A stretch of DNA of 64,000 nt from a virus: positions 5,825 to 69,824 of IMG/VR virus record IMGVR_UViG_3300009149_000025; one strand, given 5' to 3'. The translations under genes and the position numbers were made by a program. Shown here piece after piece: positions 39,224 through 49,014 of the stretch. The notes beneath the pieces are model-generated. The model ran no database searches, was not told the DNA's origin, and saw only the letters and a list, made by a program, of their open reading frames with translations. Each line of letters opens with the position of its first letter. The stretch's first letter is position 1.

Positions 39224-39595
39224 TTATTTACTATTTACAAATTCATCTCCATTAATTATTTCATACCCGTCACTATTTAATTCCTTGAATCCGTTGACAC
39301 GATCTACACTATATTGATTATCTGACCATATTATAACTGAGTCACCACCACCATCTAATAAATCATATCCATCGTTATCTAATAAATCGGTAAATTTATG
39401 GAGATTATTTAATCTTAAAAATTTAATATAATAAATTTTACCTGTTACATATCCACCACCAGGTTTATTTATATCATCAATGTATTCAGTAATATAATCT
39501 GTATATATTTTTCTATTTATAGTTTCATCTTCTTCTTCAAAGTCGAAGTCATCGTCATTAAAATCGAATTCTTCATATAGTTTTAAGTGTTTCAT
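39224..39595 (-). CDS. MKHLKLYE-leader family protein
   Basis: MKHLKLYEEFDFNDDDFDFEEE. Confidence 0.65.
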   Translation of the reverse strand: MKHLKLYEEFDFNDDDFDFEEEDETINRKIYTDYITEYIDDINKPGGGYVTGKIYYIKFLRLNNLHKFTDLLDNDGYDLLDGGGDSVIIWSDNQYSVDRVNGFKELNSDGYEIINGDEFVNSK

Positions 39596-39597
39596 AG

Positions 39598-39939
39598 TTA
39601 TTTTATTATATCCATATTCATAAATTCATCATATTTAATATTACTATTATGATTTTTTCCAAATCCTCTTGTCCAAGATGTGTGTGTCCATGAAGGTAAA
39701 AAACAATTCCATTTTTCTCCATCATAATTAGTAGAATTTTCATCATTTAAAATATCACTCTCACCAAGAATTCTAAACCCTAATCCTTTTAATTTATTAA
39801 CAATATCAATAGCTTCTTCATTTGTATTGAAAAAGATTATTCGTTTTAACAATTCATCTTTAGTTAAAGTATCTTTTTCTTCAAAATCAAAATCATCATC
39901 ATTAAAGTCGAATTCTTCGTATAGTTTTAAGTGTTTCAT
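39598..39939 (-). CDS. MKHLKLYE-leader family protein
   Basis: ATG at 39939 gives MKHLKLYEEFDFNDDDFDFEE, identical to the neighbour's leader. Confidence 0.65.
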   Translation of the reverse strand: MKHLKLYEEFDFNDDDFDFEEKDTLTKDELLKRIIFFNTNEEAIDIVNKLKGLGFRILGESDILNDENSTNYDGEKWNCFLPSWTHTSWTRGFGKNHNSNIKYDEFMNMDIIK

Positions 39940-39995
39940 ATATTGTATATATAAACTTTTCATTTTTATTTTAATATATTTTAAAAAATTGAATT

Positions 39996-40781
39996 ATGAT
40001 AAATATTATTATATTTAGCCGCGATAGAGGTTCACAATTAGAACTTCTATTAAGAAGTATGAAATTACATTTTAAAGAATGGGATAAACAAAAAATATAT
40101 ATATTATATACATTCTCTAATTATTTATTTGGTAAAGGATATGATATAACAAGAGAATTACATCCTGAGTTTAACTATGTTAAAGAAAAGAATTTTAAAC
40201 AAGATTTATTATCTTTAATGGATAAAAGTAAGAAATTTAGTACATTTTTAGTTGATGATATAATTTTTAAAGAAGATTTTTCGATTGAAGATGAAAAAAT
40301 GAAAATGTTAGAAACAGATAGTAACATTTTATGCTTATCTTTAAGATTACACCCAAGATTATCTTATTGCTATCCCGCTCGTTGTAAAATGGTTAGTCCA
40401 TCACCAGATAAGAATAATAAATTTAATTGGATAGGGAAAACTGGTGATTATGGTTATGCGATGTCTTTGGATTTTCATGTTTTTAGAACAAATGAAATAC
40501 TTTATAGATTACAACATTTAAATTATTCTAATCCAAATACATTAGAATCAAATTTGGCAGCCATGCCAATTAAAAAACCTTTTATGTTAATGTATGACAA
40601 ATCTATCATAGTTAATAATCCAGCTAATAAAGTTCAAAATTTTAATCAAAATGTTCATGGAAATATATCAGCGGAATATATCAACGAAGAATACTTAAAA
40701 GGTAAAAAAATATCATTAGAAAATTCAAAAGGATTAGAAAATATATCCTGTCATCAAGAAATCGACATAATATTTGAATAA
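39996..40781 (+). CDS. putative GT-A-fold glycosyltransferase
   Basis: IIIFSRDR..QLELLL, FLVDDII, SLRL. Confidence 0.55.
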   Translation: MINIIIFSRDRGSQLELLLRSMKLHFKEWDKQKIYILYTFSNYLFGKGYDITRELHPEFNYVKEKNFKQDLLSLMDKSKKFSTFLVDDIIFKEDFSIEDEKMKMLETDSNILCLSLRLHPRLSYCYPARCKMVSPSPDKNNKFNWIGKTGDYGYAMSLDFHVFRTNEILYRLQHLNYSNPNTLESNLAAMPIKKPFMLMYDKSIIVNNPANKVQNFNQNVHGNISAEYINEEYLKGKKISLENSKGLENISCHQEIDIIFE

Positions 40782-40815
40782 ATAATTTTTATATATAAAG
40801 AAAAATAATATAAAT

Positions 40816-41109
40816 TTGATGTTATTAGATTATAAAAAATTCAAAGAAAAAAGTATATTGGTTGAAAGTGTTATTGAAGATGTTGGTGAAGATAATATTG
40901 ATAATTTAATAGATGATGCATATAAACATTTTAAAGAAATTCAAAAACCAGTTAATACTTTGAATATAATAAATTATGTAGAACAAAGTATAGGTAAAGA
41001 GTTAGATGATGAAGATTATTACGATCTTTATTATAAGATAACGGGTGAAGAGTATGATGGGGATGAGATTGATGATCTAGATGATGAAGAAAAATATATT
41101 ATAAAATAA
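40816..41109 (+). CDS. acidic hypothetical protein
   Basis: LLDYKKFKE...LVES leader. Confidence 0.55.
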   Translation: MMLLDYKKFKEKSILVESVIEDVGEDNIDNLIDDAYKHFKEIQKPVNTLNIINYVEQSIGKELDDEDYYDLYYKITGEEYDGDEIDDLDDEEKYIIK

Positions 41110-41118
41110 AGAATAATA

Positions 41119-41304
41119 ATGAAAGTTTGTTTCGAAAAGAAAGATTTAGATAAATTCAGTGTAGAAGAACTGAGAAAAATGTTAGAGATACAAATCAGTA
41201 TTGAAAGATTTGAAGGAGCTAGTGTCATAAGGGATGTTATTGAAGAACGTAAAAAATCTTACGGTATTGGTGAAAGTAACGATGATGATGGAGAATTACA
41301 ATAG
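41119..41304 (+). CDS. UVR (UvrB/C) motif protein
   Basis: LEIQISIERFEGASVIRDVI. Confidence 0.55.
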   Translation: MKVCFEKKDLDKFSVEELRKMLEIQISIERFEGASVIRDVIEERKKSYGIGESNDDDGELQ

Positions 41305-41770
41305 AGATATTTTGAAGTATAGAGATTTTGAGAAAATGAATGTCAGAGTTACATCTGGTATTGTTTTCATTTATAGGAATAAAATTATGTTGGTACACCC
41401 ATCAGATAGAAAATGGGATAATTCTTTTTCATACCCTAAAGGAAAAATCGATAATGGTGAATCTATAAAGGATGCTGCTGTTAGGGAAACAGAAGAAGAA
41501 ATAGGTGTCAAGTTTCCAAGAAAATTCTTATCTAATAAAAATTTATATAGAATAGTAAATAGGGATGAAGAATTCGGTGGACTTATCAAAATAGATTATT
41601 ATTATTTAGTAAAGTTAGATGACAATATGTTTAGAAAGTATTTTAAACAAGATATAATAAAAAGAAAAAAACTTCCACATGGTGAATTAGATTGGGGTGG
41701 ATTTATGTCTAGTAAACAATCTAAGGGTAGAGTGAAGGATAGATTAAAAACAATATTAAGACACGTATAA
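41282..41770 (+). CDS. Nudix hydrolase
   Basis: Nudix box PKGKIDNGESIKDAAVRETEEEIG; start at one of the ATGs at 41282-41288. Confidence 0.88.
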   Translation: MMMENYNRDILKYRDFEKMNVRVTSGIVFIYRNKIMLVHPSDRKWDNSFSYPKGKIDNGESIKDAAVRETEEEIGVKFPRKFLSNKNLYRIVNRDEEFGGLIKIDYYYLVKLDDNMFRKYFKQDIIKRKKLPHGELDWGGFMSSKQSKGRVKDRLKTILRHV

Positions 41771-41803
41771 AAAAAGTCAGTAATTTCTTACTGACTTTTT
41801 TTT
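41769..41803. terminator. bidirectional intrinsic terminator
   Basis: A-run GTCAGTAA-TTTC-TTACTGAC T-run. Confidence 0.8.
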
Positions 41804-41824
41804 ATAAACGGGGCTTTTTTAATC

Positions 41825-42310
41825 TTAAAATGGTAAGTTTTCTTCATCGTCAAAGTCATCATCATCCATATCTTCTTCTTGTGATATATTGTCCAATTCA
41901 TCTTTGTATCCTTTTTGAGAATCTAGATATACAATATACAAGTCTTCTGGTATGTGGAATACAATTTCATCACCTTCTTCTTTCATAGAAGCTGTTGTTG
42001 TGTCATCATCGCTGATTTCTTCCATAAACCATTCTTGAAATGATTCAAAGTCAGTTGGTAAATCTAATTCACCAATATCGTCCCATGAATCAGTTTTTTG
42101 ATTATATACTATTTCTAATAAATCATCGATTTCTTCATCTTCTGAATCGGTTTCTATTTCACTTTTGAATTCTGTTTTATCATCATCACCATCAAAAAAT
42201 ACATCTTCTGTATCAATATCCGAATCTGGTTGAATAGTTTCAAATTCGTCTATTTCTATGTTTTCGTTTATAAAGTCTTTAAAATTTTTAATTTTTTTCA
42301 TAATTTTCAT
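41825..42310 (-). CDS. highly acidic protein with capsid-targeting-like leader
   Basis: KIKNFKDFINE; D/E-rich; ends ENLPF. Confidence 0.6.
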   Translation of the reverse strand: MKIMKKIKNFKDFINENIEIDEFETIQPDSDIDTEDVFFDGDDDKTEFKSEIETDSEDEEIDDLLEIVYNQKTDSWDDIGELDLPTDFESFQEWFMEEISDDDTTTASMKEEGDEIVFHIPEDLYIVYLDSQKGYKDELDNISQEEDMDDDDFDDEENLPF

Positions 42311-42401
42311 AATTAGTTTTTAGTTATTTATATATATAAAAATAAAAGTCCAGTTTTTTAAACTTTTGATCTTTTTTTTAATAAAAAAACAAAATAAAGA
42401 A

Positions 42402-42677
42402 ATGAATGTGGAATTAGATATTAAGGAGAAAATTACATATAAAAGTTTCAAAACTCAATCGGAACTTAATGAAACTATTTTAAATATGATATTTGAATCA
42501 AAAACAGATAAAATTATATTTAAAGGAGATCCTTATGATATTAATTATAAGATGATGAAAAAGTTGATATCTCTTGATAATCCATTAGTTATGGAAGGTG
42601 ATATTAGAGGAGCATTTAGAAAAGTTATTCAATTAAGCAATAACGAGCCTTACTGTATGGTATATAAAAAATCATAA
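42402..42677 (+). CDS. hypothetical protein
   Basis: ATG at 42402 (MNVELDIKE). Confidence 0.5.
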   Translation: MNVELDIKEKITYKSFKTQSELNETILNMIFESKTDKIIFKGDPYDINYKMMKKLISLDNPLVMEGDIRGAFRKVIQLSNNEPYCMVYKKS

Positions 42678-42846
42678 TTAATTAATAATAATTTTACCAT
42701 TTTTATCGATATTCCAAATATCACAATAATGCCACCTGTCACCATATTGTTCCATTATAAGATTATCAATTTCTTCTTTAGTTGGATTTCCATTTAATGT
42801 GAAAGTATCAGATATTTTATAATTTTCCGATAAATAAACTACTACT

Positions 42847-43530
42847 TTAATCATCTTTTTTAATTTTTTCTGTGTATTCGATGAATACTTTTTTCATTAA
42901 TAAGGAAGCTTCATCTCTATCACATTTGCTTTTCCAATCTAATTTAGAAAATACTCTTATTAATCTATAAATATATTTATCATATTCTTCAAATACTTTT
43001 TCTTTGTCTATTTTTATTATTCCTAATAATCCAAAACATAAATAACACTTACTATCTTGGAAATCATAATCTAATACTTCAGTATAATTCATTTCCACTG
43101 TCTCAATGAATTCGTTTTCACTATCTAAACCTCCACCACTATTTATTTTCTTGCTAACTTCAGCATAATAATAATGAATAATTTCATCGGTGTATCCAGC
43201 TGCGGTATATGATTTTGATAAAAATTTTACAAAATCAGTTTTATATCCCAATTCTTCAGATATTTCTTTTTTAATAGTTTCCAATGGTGTTAAATTTTCA
43301 TCATCAATCATCCCAGCTACTAATTCAACTATTTCATTTTTTGAACCAGGTCTGAATTGTTTAACGAATAAATACTTATTGGTTGATGTGTTGTATACTA
43401 CAGCCGATACAGCTGGTAATCTTACAATGTAATCTCTATGGTATTCAACATCACCATCTTTAACATATATTCTATTTGTTGGTGAAAAGGATTCATCACA
43501 TAATCTTTCGGTGTGTAAAATTTCTGTCAT
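42847..43530 (-). CDS. ADP-ribose pyrophosphatase-like Nudix hydrolase
   Basis: VKQFRP, ELVAGMID...KEISEELGY, GYTDE, GGGLDSENEFI. Confidence 0.85.
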   Translation of the reverse strand: MTEILHTERLCDESFSPTNRIYVKDGDVEYHRDYIVRLPAVSAVVYNTSTNKYLFVKQFRPGSKNEIVELVAGMIDDENLTPLETIKKEISEELGYKTDFVKFLSKSYTAAGYTDEIIHYYYAEVSKKINSGGGLDSENEFIETVEMNYTEVLDYDFQDSKCYLCFGLLGIIKIDKEKVFEEYDKYIYRLIRVFSKLDWKSKCDRDEASLLMKKVFIEYTEKIKKDD

Positions 43531-43656
43531 ATTATTTTCTTTACTTCAGCGTTTTTTCCAATGAAAAATGATTTATCAGTATACAATTTGGATAATTCTA
43601 AGAATCTATCTATATCTTTAAGTTCTATCAATTTTTTATCTTTTAATTCAATCATT

Positions 43657-43902
43657 TTATATTTGTTTAATTTTTTCAGATTTATTAATTAATTTAAATT
43701 CTGATTCGGATAGTTTCTTTCCTTGAAAATAATATAAATCTGTAGTTTCACTAGAAAAATATTCAATAGCTGGACCATCAATTCTACTTAATTGATTATC
43801 TTCTTTATATTCAATTCTATCTTTAAATCTTATAATTTGAAATTTATCATTGGTCATCCAATCGAGAATACCAATGTCATTTAGGTAAAATTCTTTATCC
43901 AT
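43657..43902 (-). CDS. hypothetical protein with RxDGPAIE motif
   Basis: LSRIDGPAIEY. Confidence 0.55.
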   Translation of the reverse strand: MDKEFYLNDIGILDWMTNDKFQIIRFKDRIEYKEDNQLSRIDGPAIEYFSSETTDLYYFQGKKLSESEFKLINKSEKIKQI

Positions 43903-44080
43903 TTTTAATAATATCTATAATTGTTACAAAAAAATCAGAAATCCAAGTACCTATAAATGTACCTGATTGTTCTGGAAATAAAATAATAATAGCAATTAAT
44001 AGATATATTAGATGTATCCATTTCAGTTTTTTCAAAAAACTTACTTTTTTAATCGTTTTTCCATCTCTTAAGTCGTACAT
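43895..44080 (-). CDS. small membrane protein
   Basis: Hydrophobic LIYLLIAIIILFP. Confidence 0.5.
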   Translation of the reverse strand: MYDLRDGKTIKKVSFLKKLKWIHLIYLLIAIIILFPEQSGTFIGTWISDFFVTIIDIIKNG

Positions 44081-44118
44081 TATTAGAATACTTTTTTTAT
44101 TATATTAGAAATGAATGA

Positions 44119-44637
44119 TTAAGTTTTAATAAAATTAATATTGATATCAAAATCTACCCAAGGCTCGATTTTGTATGCCCATTCTTTAAGAATGTTTATT
44201 TCACTATCTCTATCTTCCCATATTTCAATTTCTTCTAAATTTGGGAATTGTGGAATATATTCATCTAAATCATCAGCTTTTGTTAAAAAATATGATCTTC
44301 TATATAATTTATCATCGAATTTAATTTTAAATTTATCTAATATTTTAGATACTTCTTTATCCAATGTTGGTAATCTGTGAGTTAACATGATAACCCATGT
44401 ATCGTTTATGTTTGCGTATCGTCTAAAATCAAATAACACATGTGGTTTTGGTGTTATTTCATCTTTAAAAACTTCTATATCTAAAGAATATGGTTCTGTC
44501 CACCACGCTTTTGATGGGTATTTTTCACCGTAGTGTTCTACCCATTTCTTTATACCATCTTTTCTAAATGGTGTATTCATTAATGTGTTGTCGAAGTCAA
44601 AAACACATAATTTTTTTATATCTCTTTTATTTTTCAT
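44119..44637 (-). CDS. HAD-superfamily phosphatase (Swiss Army Knife RNA-repair-like)
   Basis: VFDFDNTL, WW...SL, LTHR, IWEDR. Confidence 0.8.
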   Translation of the reverse strand: MKNKRDIKKLCVFDFDNTLMNTPFRKDGIKKWVEHYGEKYPSKAWWTEPYSLDIEVFKDEITPKPHVLFDFRRYANINDTWVIMLTHRLPTLDKEVSKILDKFKIKFDDKLYRRSYFLTKADDLDEYIPQFPNLEEIEIWEDRDSEINILKEWAYKIEPWVDFDININFIKT

Positions 44638-45662
44638 AATTCTTCTAATAATTGTAATGATTCATTGTATTTGTAATGGTTTTTATCATTTGCTATTTTT
44701 GATAAAATTAATATAGCATCTACTTTTTTATTTAGTTTAATATAACAAAGAGATAATAACCAATCGGATTGATCAACAAATATGCTATCTTCTTTTATTA
44801 TTACACTGAAATTTTTAACACTTTCTTCATAATTACCAAGTTCCATATTTGTTATACCTAAATAAAAATTAGTATTTATATTATTATCTTTTTTAAAGGT
44901 TTCTAATGCTTTTTCATATTTACCATCTTCATATAATATTGTTCCATTATAAATAATGTTTTCATTATTTGATAAACTTCTGGTTGTTCCGACTATTGTG
45001 ATGTCTGATTTTTTATAGTAATTATCATAATAATTACTATAATTATGTTCGTTGAAATGAGAATGTAGATGTATACTAATGGATAGTATTAATAATATCA
45101 AACATAAAGTTATAAAAATTTGATATCTTTTCATTTTCTTTATTATCTTATTAGTTTTTTCTAATTTTTTTACGTGTGTAACATCATCATACATAGATAC
45201 TAATTCATATTTACCATTAGTTTCTATTCTATATATGTAACTATCTCTATAACTATTTATATTACTATCTTTGTAATAACCTTGATGTTTTATTGGTGTG
45301 CCGTTAAGTAAAACATCGTCAAACAAATCAATAATTCCAAATTTTTCTATACTATTATAAATGTTTTTTAATTTTTCACCTTTTTGTTCACAAGATAATT
45401 TATCAATTATTTGTGATTTTTTATTAAAATCAACTAATATATAATCACCTTCACCATCTTTTTTAATAATAACAGTGGCTAAATGTAAATTGTTGAAAGT
45501 ATCACTTAATCTACTATTTTGAATTTCTAAGGAATTTTTAATTCTTTTTAATTCTTTTGATTGTTCTAAAAGATCATGTTCTCCAATTACCTTACTTTGT
45601 AATAACGTATTACCTTGAAAATCAATACTTGTCTGGTCATATTCTTTTTGAAAAATCTTCAT
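44634..45662 (-). CDS. PAS-like domain plus TM plus TPR membrane protein
   Basis: YILVDFN...YDDVTHVKK (PAS/PAC-like); one TM; FYLGITNMELGNYEES and WLLSLCYIK (TPR). Confidence 0.6.
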   Translation of the reverse strand: MKIFQKEYDQTSIDFQGNTLLQSKVIGEHDLLEQSKELKRIKNSLEIQNSRLSDTFNNLHLATVIIKKDGEGDYILVDFNKKSQIIDKLSCEQKGEKLKNIYNSIEKFGIIDLFDDVLLNGTPIKHQGYYKDSNINSYRDSYIYRIETNGKYELVSMYDDVTHVKKLEKTNKIIKKMKRYQIFITLCLILLILSISIHLHSHFNEHNYSNYYDNYYKKSDITIVGTTRSLSNNENIIYNGTILYEDGKYEKALETFKKDNNINTNFYLGITNMELGNYEESVKNFSVIIKEDSIFVDQSDWLLSLCYIKLNKKVDAILILSKIANDKNHYKYNESLQLLEEL

Positions 45663-45783
45663 ATGAATTGTTAATTTGCTTATATATAAAAATTTACTTC
45701 TGTATTTTTTATTTTATATATAAGAATAGTATTATTTTCTATCGGTGTTAAAATAATATATAAAATAAAAATATAACCATTTT

Positions 45784-48105
45784 ATGGATTTATGGAATGT
45801 AAAATTTGATTGGGAATTTAATAGTGGAGTAACAGTATTTCCTAGTCAGATAATTATGACTTATGGAGTTTGGGAAAAAGTTAATAGATTAAATGAATAT
45901 GTTAATGATAATACTATAGATAATTTAGATGAAGTTTATTTTAAATTTCAAAAGTGTATATCAGGATTGACATATCAATATGTATTAGATCTATATGATA
46001 TATATGAAAGAAATATAATGGTTGGTGATGTGGAATATACTGAATTGTTTTATAATGAATATGATGTTATAAATGAATATATGGGTAATTTCAATTATGT
46101 TGATTTTTATATAGATGAACAAATTGATATAAACCAAAGAATAACTAAAATTGATGGACATTATTTAAAATCAGCACATAAAATATTAGTTGCTGGACAA
46201 ACAGGTAAAACTGAAAATGGTATTTATTCATTTGACGTAGATGGATATTTACAGAAAACTACAGATTTAGATACAACAGGTAATACATATAGATATGGGT
46301 GTCATGTAAAAATGGATAATAGTAATAACATAGAATTCTTTTTACAAAATAGTGGTAATACATTTCCAATAACAGATGAAGAAATGGATTTTATGACAGG
46401 GCACACTTATATATTGAAGAATGGGTTTGAATATAATATAAATAATACGGGAACAACATATGATAGTATACCAAAATTGTGGTTTACAGATTATAATTTT
46501 GCTAGAAAATTAAATAAATTAAATTATAGTTTATATAATACAATAGAAGTACCGACAATACCAACAACTACTTTTTCAATACAATATAGAAATAACCCAC
46601 CAGTTGTTTTTGATGTATCTCTTGGAAATTCTCAGACATATGGAGGAGATTTTGAATATTCCATATATTCTGGTAAAACTATTTTAACATTATTAGATAC
46701 AGTATCTTCTACATTTTGTAAACCAGGTGATTATTTATATATCGATACAAGGTCCAATATTACATCTACTGATAATATTGCATTATTTAATACAATAGTA
46801 GATAGTTTCGATGGTACTAATATTATATTGAATGAATATGTTCCAAATTATGTTCTATCTGGTGATACATCACAGACTTTGGTTATTGATAATCTTAATA
46901 ATATTAGACCGAGTCTTGGAGATATCAATTTGATATATTTAAATGGTCATTATTATAGTGAGTTTTTTACATTTAGTGGAGAAACTCTTGATCAATGGTC
47001 TGGAACAGTGAATTTAAAAATCATTCCAAAGGAAAATGAATATAGTAAATATATTGATTATGACGCATTTACTTTTACATTCGATTCAACTGATTATACG
47101 TTCACATCAGATAACCATTACATAGATTATAAGTTATATGAACATTTGAGTGGTATTACTAGTGATGTATTTAATAGTTCATTTGATTTGGGTTCAGGGT
47201 ATACTATGAGTGAATTTTCATCACAATATACATATTTGATAGATGATACATCTTATCCCCAACAGATAGTAGAACAAGACAGTCCAATAAAAATAACACC
47301 AGCATCAGAAGGTAGTTTAGATAATTTCTATAAATATACAAGTGTTTATATTAATGAAAATTATGATGATAAAGTTTTTGTTTTAGATAAGGATAATACA
47401 TCAATAACAATTGAAAAACCATTTTCTATATCAGTAAAAGGCGACATAACGGGGATTACTTCATTTTATTCATTAACAGGTATTTCTGAAACGTTGTATG
47501 ATGTTTATTTAAATACAGGTGTAACATATTACACTAAAGATGATGAATTTAGAGCAAGAATTTATAGGACTTATAATGAATTATTATCAGTAGATAGTAG
47601 AATAAAAGAATATACAACAGGTACAATTACCGCAAATGATAAAAATAATTATATTCTTAAACTTTATAATTATAGAAATGGATATATTACCGATTTAACT
47701 GGTAATACAATAGGTGATGTTTATTATGAAAATGATAATAACCTATTATTTAAACCATTAGAAATAGTTGATATTGGTATTGATAAACAATCAAAAATGC
47801 CTCTTTTAATTTATAATGACGATTTACGAATATCAGATACTATATCCAGTGGTCATACTGTAAGTATAATTAAAGATTCAGTTGAAAGTAATATTACATT
47901 GATTGATGGGATGACTATTGAAAAATTAAAAGTTAAGTATATTTGGATTTTTAATGCAATAATTGAAGATGCCTTAATTGGTGAAGATGAATATGGTTTG
48001 GTATGGTATAAAGGAACATGGGTATGTGGAGATTGGACAGATGGTACATGGTATTCGGGGACTTGGTTAAATGGGACATGGAAAAATGGTAAATGGTTAA
48101 GTTGA
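45784..48105 (+). CDS. large virion structural protein, N-terminal part
   Basis: IDGHYLKSAHKILVAGQT...ENGIY (tail/decoration-type motif); Trp-Gly pentapeptide repeats start at the C-end; TGA followed in frame by 48106..48975. Confidence 0.65.
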   Translation: MDLWNVKFDWEFNSGVTVFPSQIIMTYGVWEKVNRLNEYVNDNTIDNLDEVYFKFQKCISGLTYQYVLDLYDIYERNIMVGDVEYTELFYNEYDVINEYMGNFNYVDFYIDEQIDINQRITKIDGHYLKSAHKILVAGQTGKTENGIYSFDVDGYLQKTTDLDTTGNTYRYGCHVKMDNSNNIEFFLQNSGNTFPITDEEMDFMTGHTYILKNGFEYNINNTGTTYDSIPKLWFTDYNFARKLNKLNYSLYNTIEVPTIPTTTFSIQYRNNPPVVFDVSLGNSQTYGGDFEYSIYSGKTILTLLDTVSSTFCKPGDYLYIDTRSNITSTDNIALFNTIVDSFDGTNIILNEYVPNYVLSGDTSQTLVIDNLNNIRPSLGDINLIYLNGHYYSEFFTFSGETLDQWSGTVNLKIIPKENEYSKYIDYDAFTFTFDSTDYTFTSDNHYIDYKLYEHLSGITSDVFNSSFDLGSGYTMSEFSSQYTYLIDDTSYPQQIVEQDSPIKITPASEGSLDNFYKYTSVYINENYDDKVFVLDKDNTSITIEKPFSISVKGDITGITSFYSLTGISETLYDVYLNTGVTYYTKDDEFRARIYRTYNELLSVDSRIKEYTTGTITANDKNNYILKLYNYRNGYITDLTGNTIGDVYYENDNNLLFKPLEIVDIGIDKQSKMPLLIYNDDLRISDTISSGHTVSIIKDSVESNITLIDGMTIEKLKVKYIWIFNAIIEDALIGEDEYGLVWYKGTWVCGDWTDGTWYSGTWLNGTWKNGKWLS

Positions 48106-48975
48106 TTGATAGATGAATTTAAATTCTTATCAACTGGTGTACTAAAAAAATTGGATGATAATAAAAAATATTCTATATTTGTAAATGGAACATGGAGAAA
48201 TGGTTTATGGTATAATGGCATATTCGGTGACGAAATTTCTATAAGTGGATATACATCCGAAGCGTTCTTAAACCATACTGATGTTTTACCCAATTTAAAT
48301 GTTGCGACATGGAAGAATGGTAATTTTTATGATGGGGTATTTAAAAATTCCATATGGGAAAATGGTAATTTTATAAGTGGTAAAATGTATGGGGGTTATT
48401 GGAAAAATGGTGTATTTAATAATGGAACATTTGATGGAAATTGGTGGAATGGATCATTTAGTAATTCAGATTTTGTTAGTGGGGTATGGGAAAATGGTGT
48501 ATTTTCATATTCGAGACTTGGATACAACACTGGAACCACATCTGCAACAACTACAGAATGGTGGAATGGTAATATGAATTTATCTGAAGTTTATTCTGGT
48601 ACATATGAACCAACTAACTACAATAGAACCCATTGGTATAGTGGTGTATTTAGAAGTAGTAAATGGTATGGTGGGCATTTTTTTACTGGAAATTTCATAG
48701 ATAGTACGTTTTACGATGGTGTATTTGGAACTAATGATACAGATGTATTAAGTGATAAGAGATATAGTGGTATAACATTTACTAGTGGTGATTTTATAAA
48801 TGGATTATGGGTAAATGGGATATTTGTGGATGGTAATTTTAGAAATGGTGTATGGTTGAATGGGGTATTTATAGATGGAAATTTAAGAACATTAAATCCA
48901 AATATTACTCAGGGTAAAAATGTACCAACCCTATATGTTGGAAACAAAAATATTAAAAATCGTAAAATATTATAA
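48106..48975 (+). CDS. in-frame continuation: W/F-x-x-G-x pentapeptide-repeat (beta-solenoid) region
   Basis: Same frame as 45784; only a TTG start directly after the TGA; repeats continue. Confidence 0.6.
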   Translation: MIDEFKFLSTGVLKKLDDNKKYSIFVNGTWRNGLWYNGIFGDEISISGYTSEAFLNHTDVLPNLNVATWKNGNFYDGVFKNSIWENGNFISGKMYGGYWKNGVFNNGTFDGNWWNGSFSNSDFVSGVWENGVFSYSRLGYNTGTTSATTTEWWNGNMNLSEVYSGTYEPTNYNRTHWYSGVFRSSKWYGGHFFTGNFIDSTFYDGVFGTNDTDVLSDKRYSGITFTSGDFINGLWVNGIFVDGNFRNGVWLNGVFIDGNLRTLNPNITQGKNVPTLYVGNKNIKNRKIL

Positions 48976-49014
48976 AAATAAAATTTAATATATAAATAAA
49001 ATTAAAATACAATT

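Noticed and set aside
34970-45662. Bacterial chromosome or host contamination suggested by the response regulator, glycosyltransferases and PAS protein
   Set aside because: These genes are interleaved with and coupled to phage genes, share the same composition and promoter motifs, and no bacterial operons are present.
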